A stretch of DNA of 64,000 bases from contig JBGAIQ010000009.1 in the NCBI GenBank assembly GCA_044225365.1, positions 32,001-96,000 of the forward strand, given 5' to 3'. Shown in pieces: positions 38,033 through 50,373 of this stretch (its first letter is position 1; each line of letters opens with the position of its first letter). The notes beneath the pieces were generated by a model, which saw only the letters and a list, made by a program, of their open reading frames with translations, did not search any database and had not been told where the DNA came from. The stretch comes from Planctomycetota bacterium (lineage in GTDB: Bacteria; Planctomycetota; B15-G4; JADJEK01). A program made the position numbers and the translations under genes.

Positions 38033-38578
38033 TTAGTAGCCGCGCAACCACTTGCTCAGTAGATCAGCAGTATTGGTGTGGTGGTCGTACACCATCCATA
38101 CATTCTTCTCGTGTCCCTCTAGCGACCCCCAGACGATGCGTCGATAGAGACCGAGGTATTCCTGTTCAGCCCATTTTGTCTCGGTGACCCTTTGTACAAC
38201 CGGAAACAGTGCAACGGCGGCGGTCGACTTTTGCCCGTCTGCCAACCCGAGTTCCCACGGAATCCAGATGCTTCCCTTGCTGTTCGGTGAAACCAAGAGA
38301 ACAAGTCGTCGCATTTCACGAATGGTGTCCCTCAGAACTTGAGCGGTCTCAACCGAGGGGGGCTCGGGAAGGCGATCGTCGCCAAGATCAACGTAGATTT
38401 GTCCGCCGTGATTTTGAAGCACAAGCACTACACCGGGAACGAGATCGTTATCCTTCGATGAGTGGGAAAGGAATATGTTCTTCTCAGACTTCGACGCGGC
38501 GGCTTTCGTGAGAGTCTGCCGCTCTTGAAGCGTCCCGACAAATCCCTTTACCTCGTCAATGGTGGTGTATTGCGGCAT
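38033..38578 (-). CDS. TIR domain protein
   Basis: IFLSHSSKD, IYVD, SPNSKGSIWIPWELGLADG (catalytic Glu position), EYLGLY. Confidence 0.9.
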   Translation of the reverse strand: MPQYTTIDEVKGFVGTLQERQTLTKAAASKSEKNIFLSHSSKDNDLVPGVVLVLQNHGGQIYVDLGDDRLPEPPSVETAQVLRDTIREMRRLVLLVSPNSKGSIWIPWELGLADGQKSTAAVALFPVVQRVTETKWAEQEYLGLYRRIVWGSLEGHEKNVWMVYDHHTNTADLLSKWLRGY

Positions 38579-38768
38579 TTCTTCAACCTCAGTCGTGAGT
38601 CAGGAACAGCGCGACATCGGTCACACTGGCTGCGTCGTCGCCGTCCTCGTCTTAGACATGGTCGAGGATAACGACCTGTGCCCTCAGCTTGGTCCGATGT
38701 CCGTTGCCCGTATCGTATTCTGGGAATAGCCTGCCCTGCCTCCGTCGCCGAACTTGCATTCGACCGGT

Positions 38769-38898
38769 CTGGATAACTCACCGCCGCTGGACCACACGGT
38801 CCAATCAACGTCCGGCTGCGCTCGGTCTCATTTACCATATCCTGTCCGTTCCGCATCATTTGCGCGATCGAGTCCATGGAAGCTCGCTTGTTATCCAG
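38769..38898 (-). other. Atypical attC-like site with GGATAAC/GTTATCC cores
   Basis: CTGGATAAC (38769-38777) ... GTTATCCAG (38890-38898) terminal inverted repeat with inner TGGAC/GTCCA pairing. Confidence 0.6.
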
Positions 38899-38912
38899 GT
38901 CTGGATAACAAG
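38887..38912. other. Perfect 12-bp palindrome; candidate attI / first-cassette junction
   Basis: CTTGTTATCCAG-GT-CTGGATAACAAG, about 40 bp beyond the intI stop. Confidence 0.55.
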
Positions 38913-38953
38913 GCACGGAGTTCTCGTGGCAGTCCGATCCATGAACGCTCCAT

Positions 38954-39460
38954 TCATGGCTCGAGCAACCGATCCGCGGGACTCTTCACGCCGGCCGGCC
39001 CGCGATTGAGGACGTGCGTGTAGATCATGGTGGTGGCGACGTCCTTGTGCCCGAGCAGTTCTTGTACCGTGCGGATGTCGGAGCCATCCTCCAGCAGATG
39101 CGTTGCGAAGGAGTGGCGAAACGTGTGACAGCTCGCGCGCTTTGAGATTCCAGCGGCGAGGACCGCGCGGCGCACCGCCTCTTGGACGACGGATTCATGG
39201 AGATGGTGACGGCGGCGCTGTCCAGTCGCGGGATGCACGTGGAGTCGCGTCGCGGGAAACACCCACTGCCAGGGCCACTCGCGGCCGGCGTTCGAGTACT
39301 TGCGCGAAAGAGCGTGCGGTAGTTCGACCCAGCCCGCACCCGCTTCGAGATCTCCGCGATGCTGCGCACCACTCGCCGCGATTTTCGCGGCGAGCGCCGG
39401 CTTGGTCGCGATCGGCAGCATCGTGACGTGATCCTTGTCACCCTTGCCACTGACGAATGC
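38954..39460 (-). pseudogene. intI: Integron integrase, 5'-truncated (C-terminal half only)
   Basis: GKGDKD.VTMLP; IntI-specific [37 protein letters not shown]; [12 protein letters not shown]; [16 protein letters not shown]. The N-terminal domain and box I Arg are absent. Confidence 0.88.
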
Positions 39461-39701
39461 AGGACGGGACGCGTGACCCCCGTCGACGAGCGACTCGCTC
39501 GCGACGAAACGCGGGTACGACAACCTTGCGAAGGTCATGAATCCCATCCTCGATCTCATTCCCGCGCCCGAGCGACTCCGTCGCGCGGCGTGAAGATTCG
39601 GACGCTACGCCGAATCGCGGAGAGCGTCAAGCGGATCGCGACGGCGAAGCGCAGGACCAGGCGCGTTGGCGGCCGTCTTCGGGGAAACTCCGGAACTCCT
39701 C

Positions 39702-39752
39702 TTGTTCGGTTTTCGTTCGGGGTGTACAGTCCGGCCCGTTCGTAGTTCGTTC
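39702..39752 (+). promoter_or_regulatory. Putative sigma70 promoter with two GTTC-N7-GTTC (LexA-type) operators
   Basis: TTGTTC-N17-TACAGT (39702-39730); GTTCggttttcGTTC 39704-39718; GTTCgtagttcGTTC 39738-39752; upstream of imuA. Confidence 0.6.
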
Positions 39753-40066
39753 GGTGATGCCGTGAATGCCTTCCATTCCCTCCATGTGCCCCTCCTCCCT
39801 TCCTTGGACCCATCGCCGGCAAAGCCGGCGAGCGCGGTCGAAGCTGCGGGAAGGTGTCACGCGAACGATCCGATCCATTTCGTCGCGACGGCGCGCGGCC
39901 TCACGAAGGGTCTCGGCGAACCGAGCCATCGCCATCCGTGCTCGCCCATCGATTCCACCGCCAACCGCCAATCCACCCGCGGAGTCGACACCGACGCGCT
40001 TCCCAAAGCCCGCGTCGTCGCGACGTTTTTTGCCGACCGCCAACCGCCCCTCGCCCATCGCCACCC

Positions 40067-40735
40067 ATGACCGCCGCGAAACGCCTTGCCCCATCGCTCT
40101 CGTCGCCGCTCTGGTCGCCGGCCGTGTTCGCCGGGCGATTCGTCGAGCTCACGGGGCGCGCGCGGCTGACGATGGCGTTCAGTCTGATCCTGATGGCGCA
40201 GCAGAGGCGCGAGCCCGTCGCGTGGATCGCGAGTCGCGGAGATCGGGAGAGCCTGTTCTTCCCGCCGGATGCGGCGGAGTGCGGAATCGATCTCGAGGCG
40301 CTGCCCTGCGCGCGGGTCGTCGATGCGGCCGCGGCGGCGCGGGCGGCCGATCTCTTGTTGCGCTCGGGTGCGTTCGGGCTGGTAGTGCTCGATCTCGGAA
40401 ATGCGAACGAGTTGCCGATGCCGCTGCAATCGCGGCTCGCCGCGCTCGCGCAGAAACATGAAGCCGCCGTGGTCTGTGTGACGGAGAAGAGCGAGCAGAC
40501 GGCCTCGCTCAGTTCCCTCGTATCCCTGCGCGCCGAGGCCTGGCGGGACAAAGCGCGCAAGGAGGTCCGCAAGGACCGGAGCGAGGGTTTGGATTTCGAG
40601 GACGACGACTCCGCGGTCACGACCGCGAGCGCGAGCGATCGGCTCGTCTGCGGAGTCCGGATCCTCAAGGACAAACAGCGCGGACCGGGGTGGGGCCACG
40701 CGGAGTCACTCCGTGGACCGCCTGGTTTGTGTTGA
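40067..40735 (+). CDS. imuA: ImuA-like (RecA-fold) mutagenesis protein
   Basis: GRFVELTG, FFPPDAAECGIDLEAL, ARAADLLLRSGAFGLVVLDL, SLSSLVSLR; first gene before imuB-dnaE2. Confidence 0.8.
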   Translation: MTAAKRLAPSLSSPLWSPAVFAGRFVELTGRARLTMAFSLILMAQQRREPVAWIASRGDRESLFFPPDAAECGIDLEALPCARVVDAAAAARAADLLLRSGAFGLVVLDLGNANELPMPLQSRLAALAQKHEAAVVCVTEKSEQTASLSSLVSLRAEAWRDKARKEVRKDRSEGLDFEDDDSAVTTASASDRLVCGVRILKDKQRGPGWGHAESLRGPPGLC

Positions 40736-42239
40736 CGTCGTTCAACTCCCCCTCCAAGTCTTGCTGCGCTCGCGACCGGATTGGGTGAAGCACCCTTCCG
40801 CCGTCGTCGCCGAGGACAAGCCGCAGGGACGGCTCTTGTTCGCGAACGAAGCGGCGCGACAGCAGGGCGTGCTGCCGGGGCAGCGCTACGCCGCCGCGCT
40901 TTCGCTCTGCGCGGGGCTGCGGGCCGCGGTCGTCGGCGACGCGGAGATCGCGACGGCGCTCACCGAGATCGCGCGGCAGCTCGCGGAATTCACTCCGGGC
41001 GTGGAGACGTCGAAGGAGCGACCCGGCGTGTTCTGGCTCGATGCGAAGGGCCTCACCTTGCTCGAGCCCTCGTTGCCGGACTGGGCGCGACGGATCGACC
41101 AGGCGCTGCGGGCGATCGGTTTCGTGGCGCATCTCGCGCTCGGATTCCGACGCTTCGCGACGCTCGCGGCCGCGGAGACGCGACGCGGACTCGTGGTGTT
41201 CGACGACGCGAAGTCCGAGCAGGAATACTTGTTCGGGATCCTGCTCGCTCGCATCGACATCGAGCCGAAGTTGCGCGACGAGCTCGGCAAGCTCGGCATC
41301 CACACGGTCGGGGAATTCGCTCGCCTGCCGCAGGAGGGCGTGCGCTCGCGCTTCGGTGAGGACGCGGAGCGCCTGCATCGGCTCGCGAACGACCGCGTCG
41401 CGGACCCGTTCTCGCCGGCCCCCATCCATGCGCCGCTCGAGCGAAGGATCGCGTTCGAGGAGGCGTTGACCGACTCGACGTCGCTCTTGTTCTTCATCAA
41501 GCCCTTGCTGCACGAACTGCTGGACGAGCTGGCGCAACGCGGGCTCGCGCTCGAGGAATTCACCCTCCGTTTGAAGCTGGAGAACGGCGCGCCGCACGCA
41601 GCGACGCTGCGACCCGCCGCGCCCACGCTGCAGATCGGGATGCTGATGCAGCTCGCGACGCTGCATTTCGAACAGGGTTTCGCCGCGACGAAGGACGCCG
41701 GCGCGCGCCGCCCGTCGCGCAATTCGAATTCGATCGAGGAATTGTTCGTCGGCGCCCAAGGCGTCCCCGCGCGTCCCGAGCAGCTCTCGCTGTTCCGCGA
41801 GAATCCCCGGCGCGATCTCCACGCGGGAGAGCGCGCGCTCGCGCTGGTGAGGAGCCGCTTCGGCGAGACGTCGATCGGCCGCATCGTCCTCCAGGAGGCG
41901 CATCTCCCCGAGGCGCGCTTCCGCTTCGAGCCGATCACGAAGCTCGAATATCCGCAGCCCTCCCCCGCGCTCGAACGCGTCGCGATCCGCCGCATCTTCT
42001 CCCAGCCCATTCCGGTCTCGCCGCCGCGCCGCCATCCGCACGACGACGGCTGGATCCTCCACGACTTGAAGCAGGGAACGGTGACGAAGACCGACGGCCC
42101 TTATGTCGTCTCCGGCGGCTGGTGGGCGCGCGAGGTGCATCGCGAATATCGCTTCGTGCACACGCTCTCGGGGGACGTGATGTGGGTCTTCTACGACAAG
42201 AAGCGCCGCCGATGGTTCTTGCAGGGAGATCTGGAATGA
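40713..42239 (+). CDS. imuB: ImuB, inactive Y-family polymerase
   Basis: ANEAARQQGVLPG, FTPGVE, LGKLGIHTVGEF..RFG, QLSLF clamp motif, C-terminal GPYVVSGGWW..REY..WFLQG. Confidence 0.88.
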   Translation: MDRLVCVDVVQLPLQVLLRSRPDWVKHPSAVVAEDKPQGRLLFANEAARQQGVLPGQRYAAALSLCAGLRAAVVGDAEIATALTEIARQLAEFTPGVETSKERPGVFWLDAKGLTLLEPSLPDWARRIDQALRAIGFVAHLALGFRRFATLAAAETRRGLVVFDDAKSEQEYLFGILLARIDIEPKLRDELGKLGIHTVGEFARLPQEGVRSRFGEDAERLHRLANDRVADPFSPAPIHAPLERRIAFEEALTDSTSLLFFIKPLLHELLDELAQRGLALEEFTLRLKLENGAPHAATLRPAAPTLQIGMLMQLATLHFEQGFAATKDAGARRPSRNSNSIEELFVGAQGVPARPEQLSLFRENPRRDLHAGERALALVRSRFGETSIGRIVLQEAHLPEARFRFEPITKLEYPQPSPALERVAIRRIFSQPIPVSPPRRHPHDDGWILHDLKQGTVTKTDGPYVVSGGWWAREVHREYRFVHTLSGDVMWVFYDKKRRRWFLQGDLE

Positions 42240-42281
42240 AGCGACTCGCGGCTTGCCGCATCGCCCTTCCCCACTCTTCCC

Positions 42282-45440
<3,159 letters not shown>

Positions 45441-45451
45441 CGACCGCGTCT

Positions 45452-47215
45452 TTACAACTGTCCGGTTCGCGGGTCGACGCGCAGATCGAGCGTCTCGTCG
45501 TCGAGCGTGTAGAAGAAGAATCCGTACATCATCTCTTCTTCGGTCTGCAGCCCGAAGCGGACGGGCTTCGACGGATCCGGATTGAACGGATTGAAGCGGG
45601 AATTGTCGAAGTGCGCGAGGACGTCGATCGTAGTGCCCGCGGGGAAACGCAGCGAGTCCTTCGGGCAATGATAACTTTGCTGCCAGTCGAAATTGTAGTT
45701 CGGGACGATGAGCAGGGTCTGGTCCGCGCCGCCCGGCAGCAGAGCCTTGAACATCATGTCGCGCCCGCGCAGATGCATGTGCGCGAACATGCCGATGCAC
45801 GTGATCGGCGAATCGAACCGTTTCTTGCCCTCGACGGGATGCCCCTGTGCGAACGGTGGGATCGTGAAGCGGTGATCCGCGATCTGCGCGTGATGGAGCA
45901 GCTTCGTGACGGGCGCGTGCGGGAAGCGCAGGGCGACCGAGATGTGGCAGTTCTCCGGTTTGCCGCTCGTCACGTAGTGGACCTGGAGCCCGAGCACCGA
46001 GCCCTTCGGAATCTTCACGGCGAGGCCGGGTCCGAGATCCATCGGGTCGCCACCCGGCACGAAACCGGTGATGAAGTTCTCCTGCTCGTACTTCTTGCCG
46101 ATCTCGAAGAACGCGAGATTCGCGTGATGCAGCACCGGTTTGTTGTCGCCCTGGATCTCGAGCGCCTCGACGTAAGTATCCTCGAGGAACAGGTGCGGCA
46201 TGACGACGTATTGATAAGGAACGTAACCCGTCGCGGGCAGCTCCTGCGCGCCGAGCTGCTCGAGCACGAGGTCGGGCTTGCCGATCCGCCAGCGGTCGGC
46301 CGATGAGAGGGAGGGCGCGGGCGGCTTGGGTGCGGCGGAGAGATCTCCCGGATTCGCCCCCGCCGCGATCCAGCTCCGCAGGATCGCGCGCTCGGGACGC
46401 GTGAGGCCGAGATGGTTCGCGAACACTCCGTAGTCGGCGCTCCCGTACCACGGCGGCATGCGCTCCTCGCGGACCACCTCGTCGATCATGTCGATCCGCT
46501 TCTTCACCTGCTCGAAGGAGACGAGCGGGAACGGCGCTTCGCCCTTCTCCCGATGGCAGGGCACGCACTTGCCGTAGACGATCGGCGCGACGTCGGCGGC
46601 GAAGGTGAATTCGGGCGCGGGCTTCACCGGCGCATCCGCGGTGAGCGCGCAGCCCTCGGCTTCCGTCTCCGGAATCGCGACGTCCTTGCCCGCGAGCAGT
46701 TCCTCGAGCGCGATCCGCAGATCCTCGCGCTGCGGCTCGGGCCGCACGCCCGACAACCGCATCTGATCGTCGACGCGACCGCGATAACGCAGGACGAAGT
46801 TCGAATCGAGGACGACCGCTTCCGGCGTGCGCGAGACACCGAGAGCGTTCGCCGCCTTCAGATCGAAATCCTTGAGCAAGGGGAATTCGATCCCGTTCTC
46901 CACCATCTGCGTCGCGGACTCGACGATCGACTCGCCGGCGCCCGCATTGACGAACGCGAACTGCACATCGCGCGCCCGGAACTCCTTCTCGAGCGCGGCG
47001 ACGCGCGGGATGTAGCGCTTCGCGAGCGGACACTCGCGAGTGATGAACACGAGCACGTACGCCGATTTCTTCCCGAACTCCGACAACTTGCGCGGCAGGT
47101 AGCGAACGTCCTTCAGCGAGAGATCCGGGGCGATCGCACCGATCGGAAGCGGCGGCGGAGCACCTTCGCTCGAGGAGAGGGCGAGGGCCGGAAGAAGGAG
47201 CAGCGAAGCGATCAT
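45452..47215 (-). CDS. Exported redoxin + cytochrome c (CxxCH) + copper type II monooxygenase-like fusion
   Basis: Signal peptide; APDLSL..ECPLA..TPEAV..LRYRGRVDD; CVPCH; LHH, QVHY, AHMHLRG, EEMM. Confidence 0.8.
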   Translation of the reverse strand: MIASLLLLPALALSSSEGAPPPLPIGAIAPDLSLKDVRYLPRKLSEFGKKSAYVLVFITRECPLAKRYIPRVAALEKEFRARDVQFAFVNAGAGESIVESATQMVENGIEFPLLKDFDLKAANALGVSRTPEAVVLDSNFVLRYRGRVDDQMRLSGVRPEPQREDLRIALEELLAGKDVAIPETEAEGCALTADAPVKPAPEFTFAADVAPIVYGKCVPCHREKGEAPFPLVSFEQVKKRIDMIDEVVREERMPPWYGSADYGVFANHLGLTRPERAILRSWIAAGANPGDLSAAPKPPAPSLSSADRWRIGKPDLVLEQLGAQELPATGYVPYQYVVMPHLFLEDTYVEALEIQGDNKPVLHHANLAFFEIGKKYEQENFITGFVPGGDPMDLGPGLAVKIPKGSVLGLQVHYVTSGKPENCHISVALRFPHAPVTKLLHHAQIADHRFTIPPFAQGHPVEGKKRFDSPITCIGMFAHMHLRGRDMMFKALLPGGADQTLLIVPNYNFDWQQSYHCPKDSLRFPAGTTIDVLAHFDNSRFNPFNPDPSKPVRFGLQTEEEMMYGFFFYTLDDETLDLRVDPRTGQL

Positions 47216-47235
47216 GCCGCCAGCATAACGAATCC

Positions 47236-48850
47236 TCAGTGCGGCGCGGGGACCGGCGGTACGTCCTGGCCGCAGGTCCAGGGGAACGCGGACGCCTTCA
47301 CCTTCTTGCCCTTCTCGTCGATCGCGAGCGACTTCGCGCCCGCGGGCAGGATCCGCAGACTCTTCAGGAATTCGAGCACCTCGAGCCGCTCCCCCTCGGC
47401 GAGCGCATTCCAATTCGCGCGGACGCCCGCGGCTTCTCCGCCATGGGCCGCGATCGCCTCACGCAGCGTCGTGAACTTTCCGTGATGGAAGTACGGCGAA
47501 GTCGAACCCGCTCCCCACAAACGCGCGGTCAGGAAGCGTGAGTTCCCGGCGAAGAACGCGGGCGACCCGGTCGGCGCGAGGACGTCGATCGGCTCCCGAT
47601 TCGGATCGTTCGGCCCGTCGGTGAGATCGTGCACCTTGAAATCGCTGAACACGAACACCGGGACGACGCCCTTCGCATCCGCCTTGAGGCGCGGCTTCGG
47701 AAGCGTCTTCCCGGCGAGGTCGATCTCGATCGAGCCGTGCTCGAGATTGTAGGCATCGCCCTGCTGCTGGTTGCCCGGAGGACCGTATGGGCTCGGCTCG
47801 ACGAACGCGCTGCTTTCGAGCGGCAGGCACGGGACGTGGCACGTGGCGCAGCCGATGCTCACGAAGCGCTGCTCGCCGCTCGCGATCGCGTCGCGCGACT
47901 CGGCGCCGAGGGGGACGACGCGGCCGGGCGGCGGCAAGGTCGCCTGGAACAACACGATCGCCGAGACATCGCCGTACGTGAGCTCGTCGACGACGCCGTC
48001 ACCATCGGGATCTCCCGGGCCCGATCGCTCGATGCTCTGCATCCCGAGATGCTGATTGAACGCGGTGTTCGTGAAGTGCCGGATCGTGATCGCGGCGGAC
48101 GACGCGCTGAAGGGACGCAGGACGAGGCTCGGCGGATCGGAAGGGCCCGTCGTCGCGAGACTCGGCGGCTGGATCCCTTCCACTTGCGAGGTGTCCCAAT
48201 CACCCTGGGCGGTACGCGTGAGCGTCCCGAAGTGGACCCCCTTGGTGACGAGCGTTACCGATTGCCCCGGTGCGAGCGCGTTTCGCAACGAGCGCAGATC
48301 GGTCGTCATCTCCCGCGCGAGCAATTCGGTGTAACCCGAGCCGAAGAGATGCGGCGTGTTTCGCGAATCGCCGATCGTGTCGAGCGTGGCGGCGATCCCC
48401 TGCTCCGTGAAGGTTCCCTTCGTCGGGATCGAGTCGTGGGGATCGAAGGTCGCGTAGTCGAAGCGATCGGCGAAGACGAAGCCATTCGCCAGGAACTGCC
48501 CGGATCCGCCCGGCAATGGATCCTGATGACAGCCCGCGCAGGAGTTCGATTCGGGCGAGGAGATGCGGTTCATGTTGCGGGGGAACACGAGCGGCGCCGT
48601 CGGATCCGCGAGCGTGTTGAAGTCGCCACGCAGCAATGGCCGCCCATGCCCGTCCGCCGCGGACATCTTCGCGACGAAGAGGTTACGACCGAACGCGACG
48701 AGCTCCGCCGCGCCGAGCGTCTTCTCTTCGCCCGGTGCGAGGTGGTGTGCGATCGCCTTCTCGCTCCCCACGGATTGCGCGAGGAGGACGGGCGAGAGCG
48801 CTGCCGTGGCGACGACCGCGGCGATTGCAGCGGAACGATGGCGTGCGAGT
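47236..48850 (-). CDS. Di-heme oxidoreductase (DHOR-like) family protein; start uncertain
   Basis: SCAGCH and GCATCH heme motifs, RNTPHLFG, FSDFKVHD, FLTARLWG..PYFHHG, FLKSL. Confidence 0.85.
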
Positions 48851-48931
48851 CGAAAGGCGCCGCGCGGCGCGGTCCGCCGGGTGCTTGGGAGGAAGTCCTT
48901 CGTGCTCGAGCGGCGTTCGAAGGAGAAAGAA

Positions 48932-50287
48932 ATGATCATCGGTACCCTCAGTTCCTTGTCCCTCGTCTTGGCCGGTCAGGCCGGTCAGGTCGACCACCTC
49001 GCGGTGGTTCGTTGCGACGCGACTCACGCTTCGCAAAAGGCTGGCCTGTTCGCTTACGGCGCAGGGATCGCGAGCCCGGCCGTGACGGCGTTCGATCCGA
49101 CCTTCTTCCAATTCGGCGGCTCGCAGCCGATCCGCCACGTGTTCAGCATGGACATCCAAGGCAACGGCACCGACGAGATCGGAGTCGTGCGCGAGCAGTT
49201 GAACAAGGGCGGCCGCTACGTCCTTTCGTTCCACTCGGTTCCGGCCACGCCGTACGCGAGCGTGAGCACGCCGTGCGAGGCAAAGAAGCTGGCCTCCCTC
49301 GGCTCCGCGAAGACGGCGGGCACGATCGTCGCGATCGACGGCGTCGACGTGAACGGTGACTTCCGGGACGAGATCGTGATCGTCCGCACGACCGAGAGCG
49401 GAGAACAGCGGATCGAGATCTACGCTCCCCCGGGCATGAGCGGCCTGCTCGCGGCTCCCTTCACGTCCTACGCCGCGGCGGGCTCCGTCGGCTCGTCGGA
49501 GATCGTCGATGCCGTCGGCTGCGACTACGACGGGAACTCGATCGAGGAGATCGCCCTTCATCGCAGGAGCCTCGCGGGGGACACGATCGAGATCGTGCCC
49601 GCGCCGAGCATCGTGGCCGATCATCTCGGATCGCCACTCCTCACCTTCCCGATCGATCAGGAGTCGGAATCCCGCCTGCTCGTCACGACGCTCGATGACG
49701 ACGAATCCGACGACCTGCTCCTATGGAGCCCGATCCTCGATGGCACCTCTGCAATCACTCCTCTCTGGACGTCGAAGGGCGGAGTGAAATCGGCTTCCGC
49801 GCCCCTCAAGTCCTTCGCAACGAACGACGCCTTTCCCATCGCGGCTCCACTGATGATCCGCGGAGCGACGACGAAGGCGCCTTTTGGCTCTCCCGCGATC
49901 TCGACCTCGCTCAACTCGGAGCTCGAATTCGGATTCTGCCATGTCGTACCGTCGAATGGGTATTACGGAGGTTCGAACACGACCGAAGTGGGTCCGATCG
50001 TTGCGAAGAGCCAATTCGATGCGACGACGGGGATCTTGACGATGCAGTTCGCGAACGCCGCAGCCCCGATCGTCGGCAAGCTCGAACCGGGGTTCACCAA
50101 GGTCGCTCTCAGCAAGAACGTGATCGAATTCCCTCTGACCACGGGAGGCAAACTCCATGTCGTGCTGCAATCGCTCACGGTGGTCAAGCTCGGAGGCACG
50201 ATCGCGATCCAGGGAACCTATTCCTCGGGCTCATGGGTCGGTTTCGGGACGCCGCTGAGCAATGGCGTGATGACCCTCTCCAGTTGA
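48932..50287 (+). CDS. Hypothetical exported protein with FG-GAP/VCBS-like Ca-binding motifs
   Basis: AAGGAG RBS; DIQGNGTDEI, DVNGDFRDEI, DYDGNSIEEI. Confidence 0.65.
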   Translation: MIIGTLSSLSLVLAGQAGQVDHLAVVRCDATHASQKAGLFAYGAGIASPAVTAFDPTFFQFGGSQPIRHVFSMDIQGNGTDEIGVVREQLNKGGRYVLSFHSVPATPYASVSTPCEAKKLASLGSAKTAGTIVAIDGVDVNGDFRDEIVIVRTTESGEQRIEIYAPPGMSGLLAAPFTSYAAAGSVGSSEIVDAVGCDYDGNSIEEIALHRRSLAGDTIEIVPAPSIVADHLGSPLLTFPIDQESESRLLVTTLDDDESDDLLLWSPILDGTSAITPLWTSKGGVKSASAPLKSFATNDAFPIAAPLMIRGATTKAPFGSPAISTSLNSELEFGFCHVVPSNGYYGGSNTTEVGPIVAKSQFDATTGILTMQFANAAAPIVGKLEPGFTKVALSKNVIEFPLTTGGKLHVVLQSLTVVKLGGTIAIQGTYSSGSWVGFGTPLSNGVMTLSS

Positions 50288-50373
50288 GCTTCGGGGCCCC
50301 TTGGATTCGAATTGCCGCGGGCGCCCGCAGCCCGCGTCCGTTCGCCCCTTGGCCCTACGGCTCGACCCGAGTC

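Larger units (their letters stand above)
27773..39460 (-). mobile_element. Integron (truncated intI plus cassette array, integrase co-oriented with cassettes); the array probably extended further left
   Basis: IntI-specific insertion motif plus at least 4 well-formed and several eroded attC sites between single short minus-strand ORFs. Confidence 0.88.

Noticed and set aside
36680-38578. Calling the TIR locus canonical Thoeris (thsA/thsB) or CBASS
   Set aside because: No SIR2/SLOG or macro-domain ThsA and no CD-NTase are in the cassette, so gene symbols were withheld.
39461-39559. N-terminal extension making intI a complete 201-aa gene
   Set aside because: [13 protein letters not shown] shows no integrase similarity, and the box I Arg and N-terminal domain are missing, so it is treated as a truncated remnant.
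40067-40735. recA
   Set aside because: It is too short, lacks an intact Walker A motif and sits directly before imuB-dnaE2, so it is ImuA-like.
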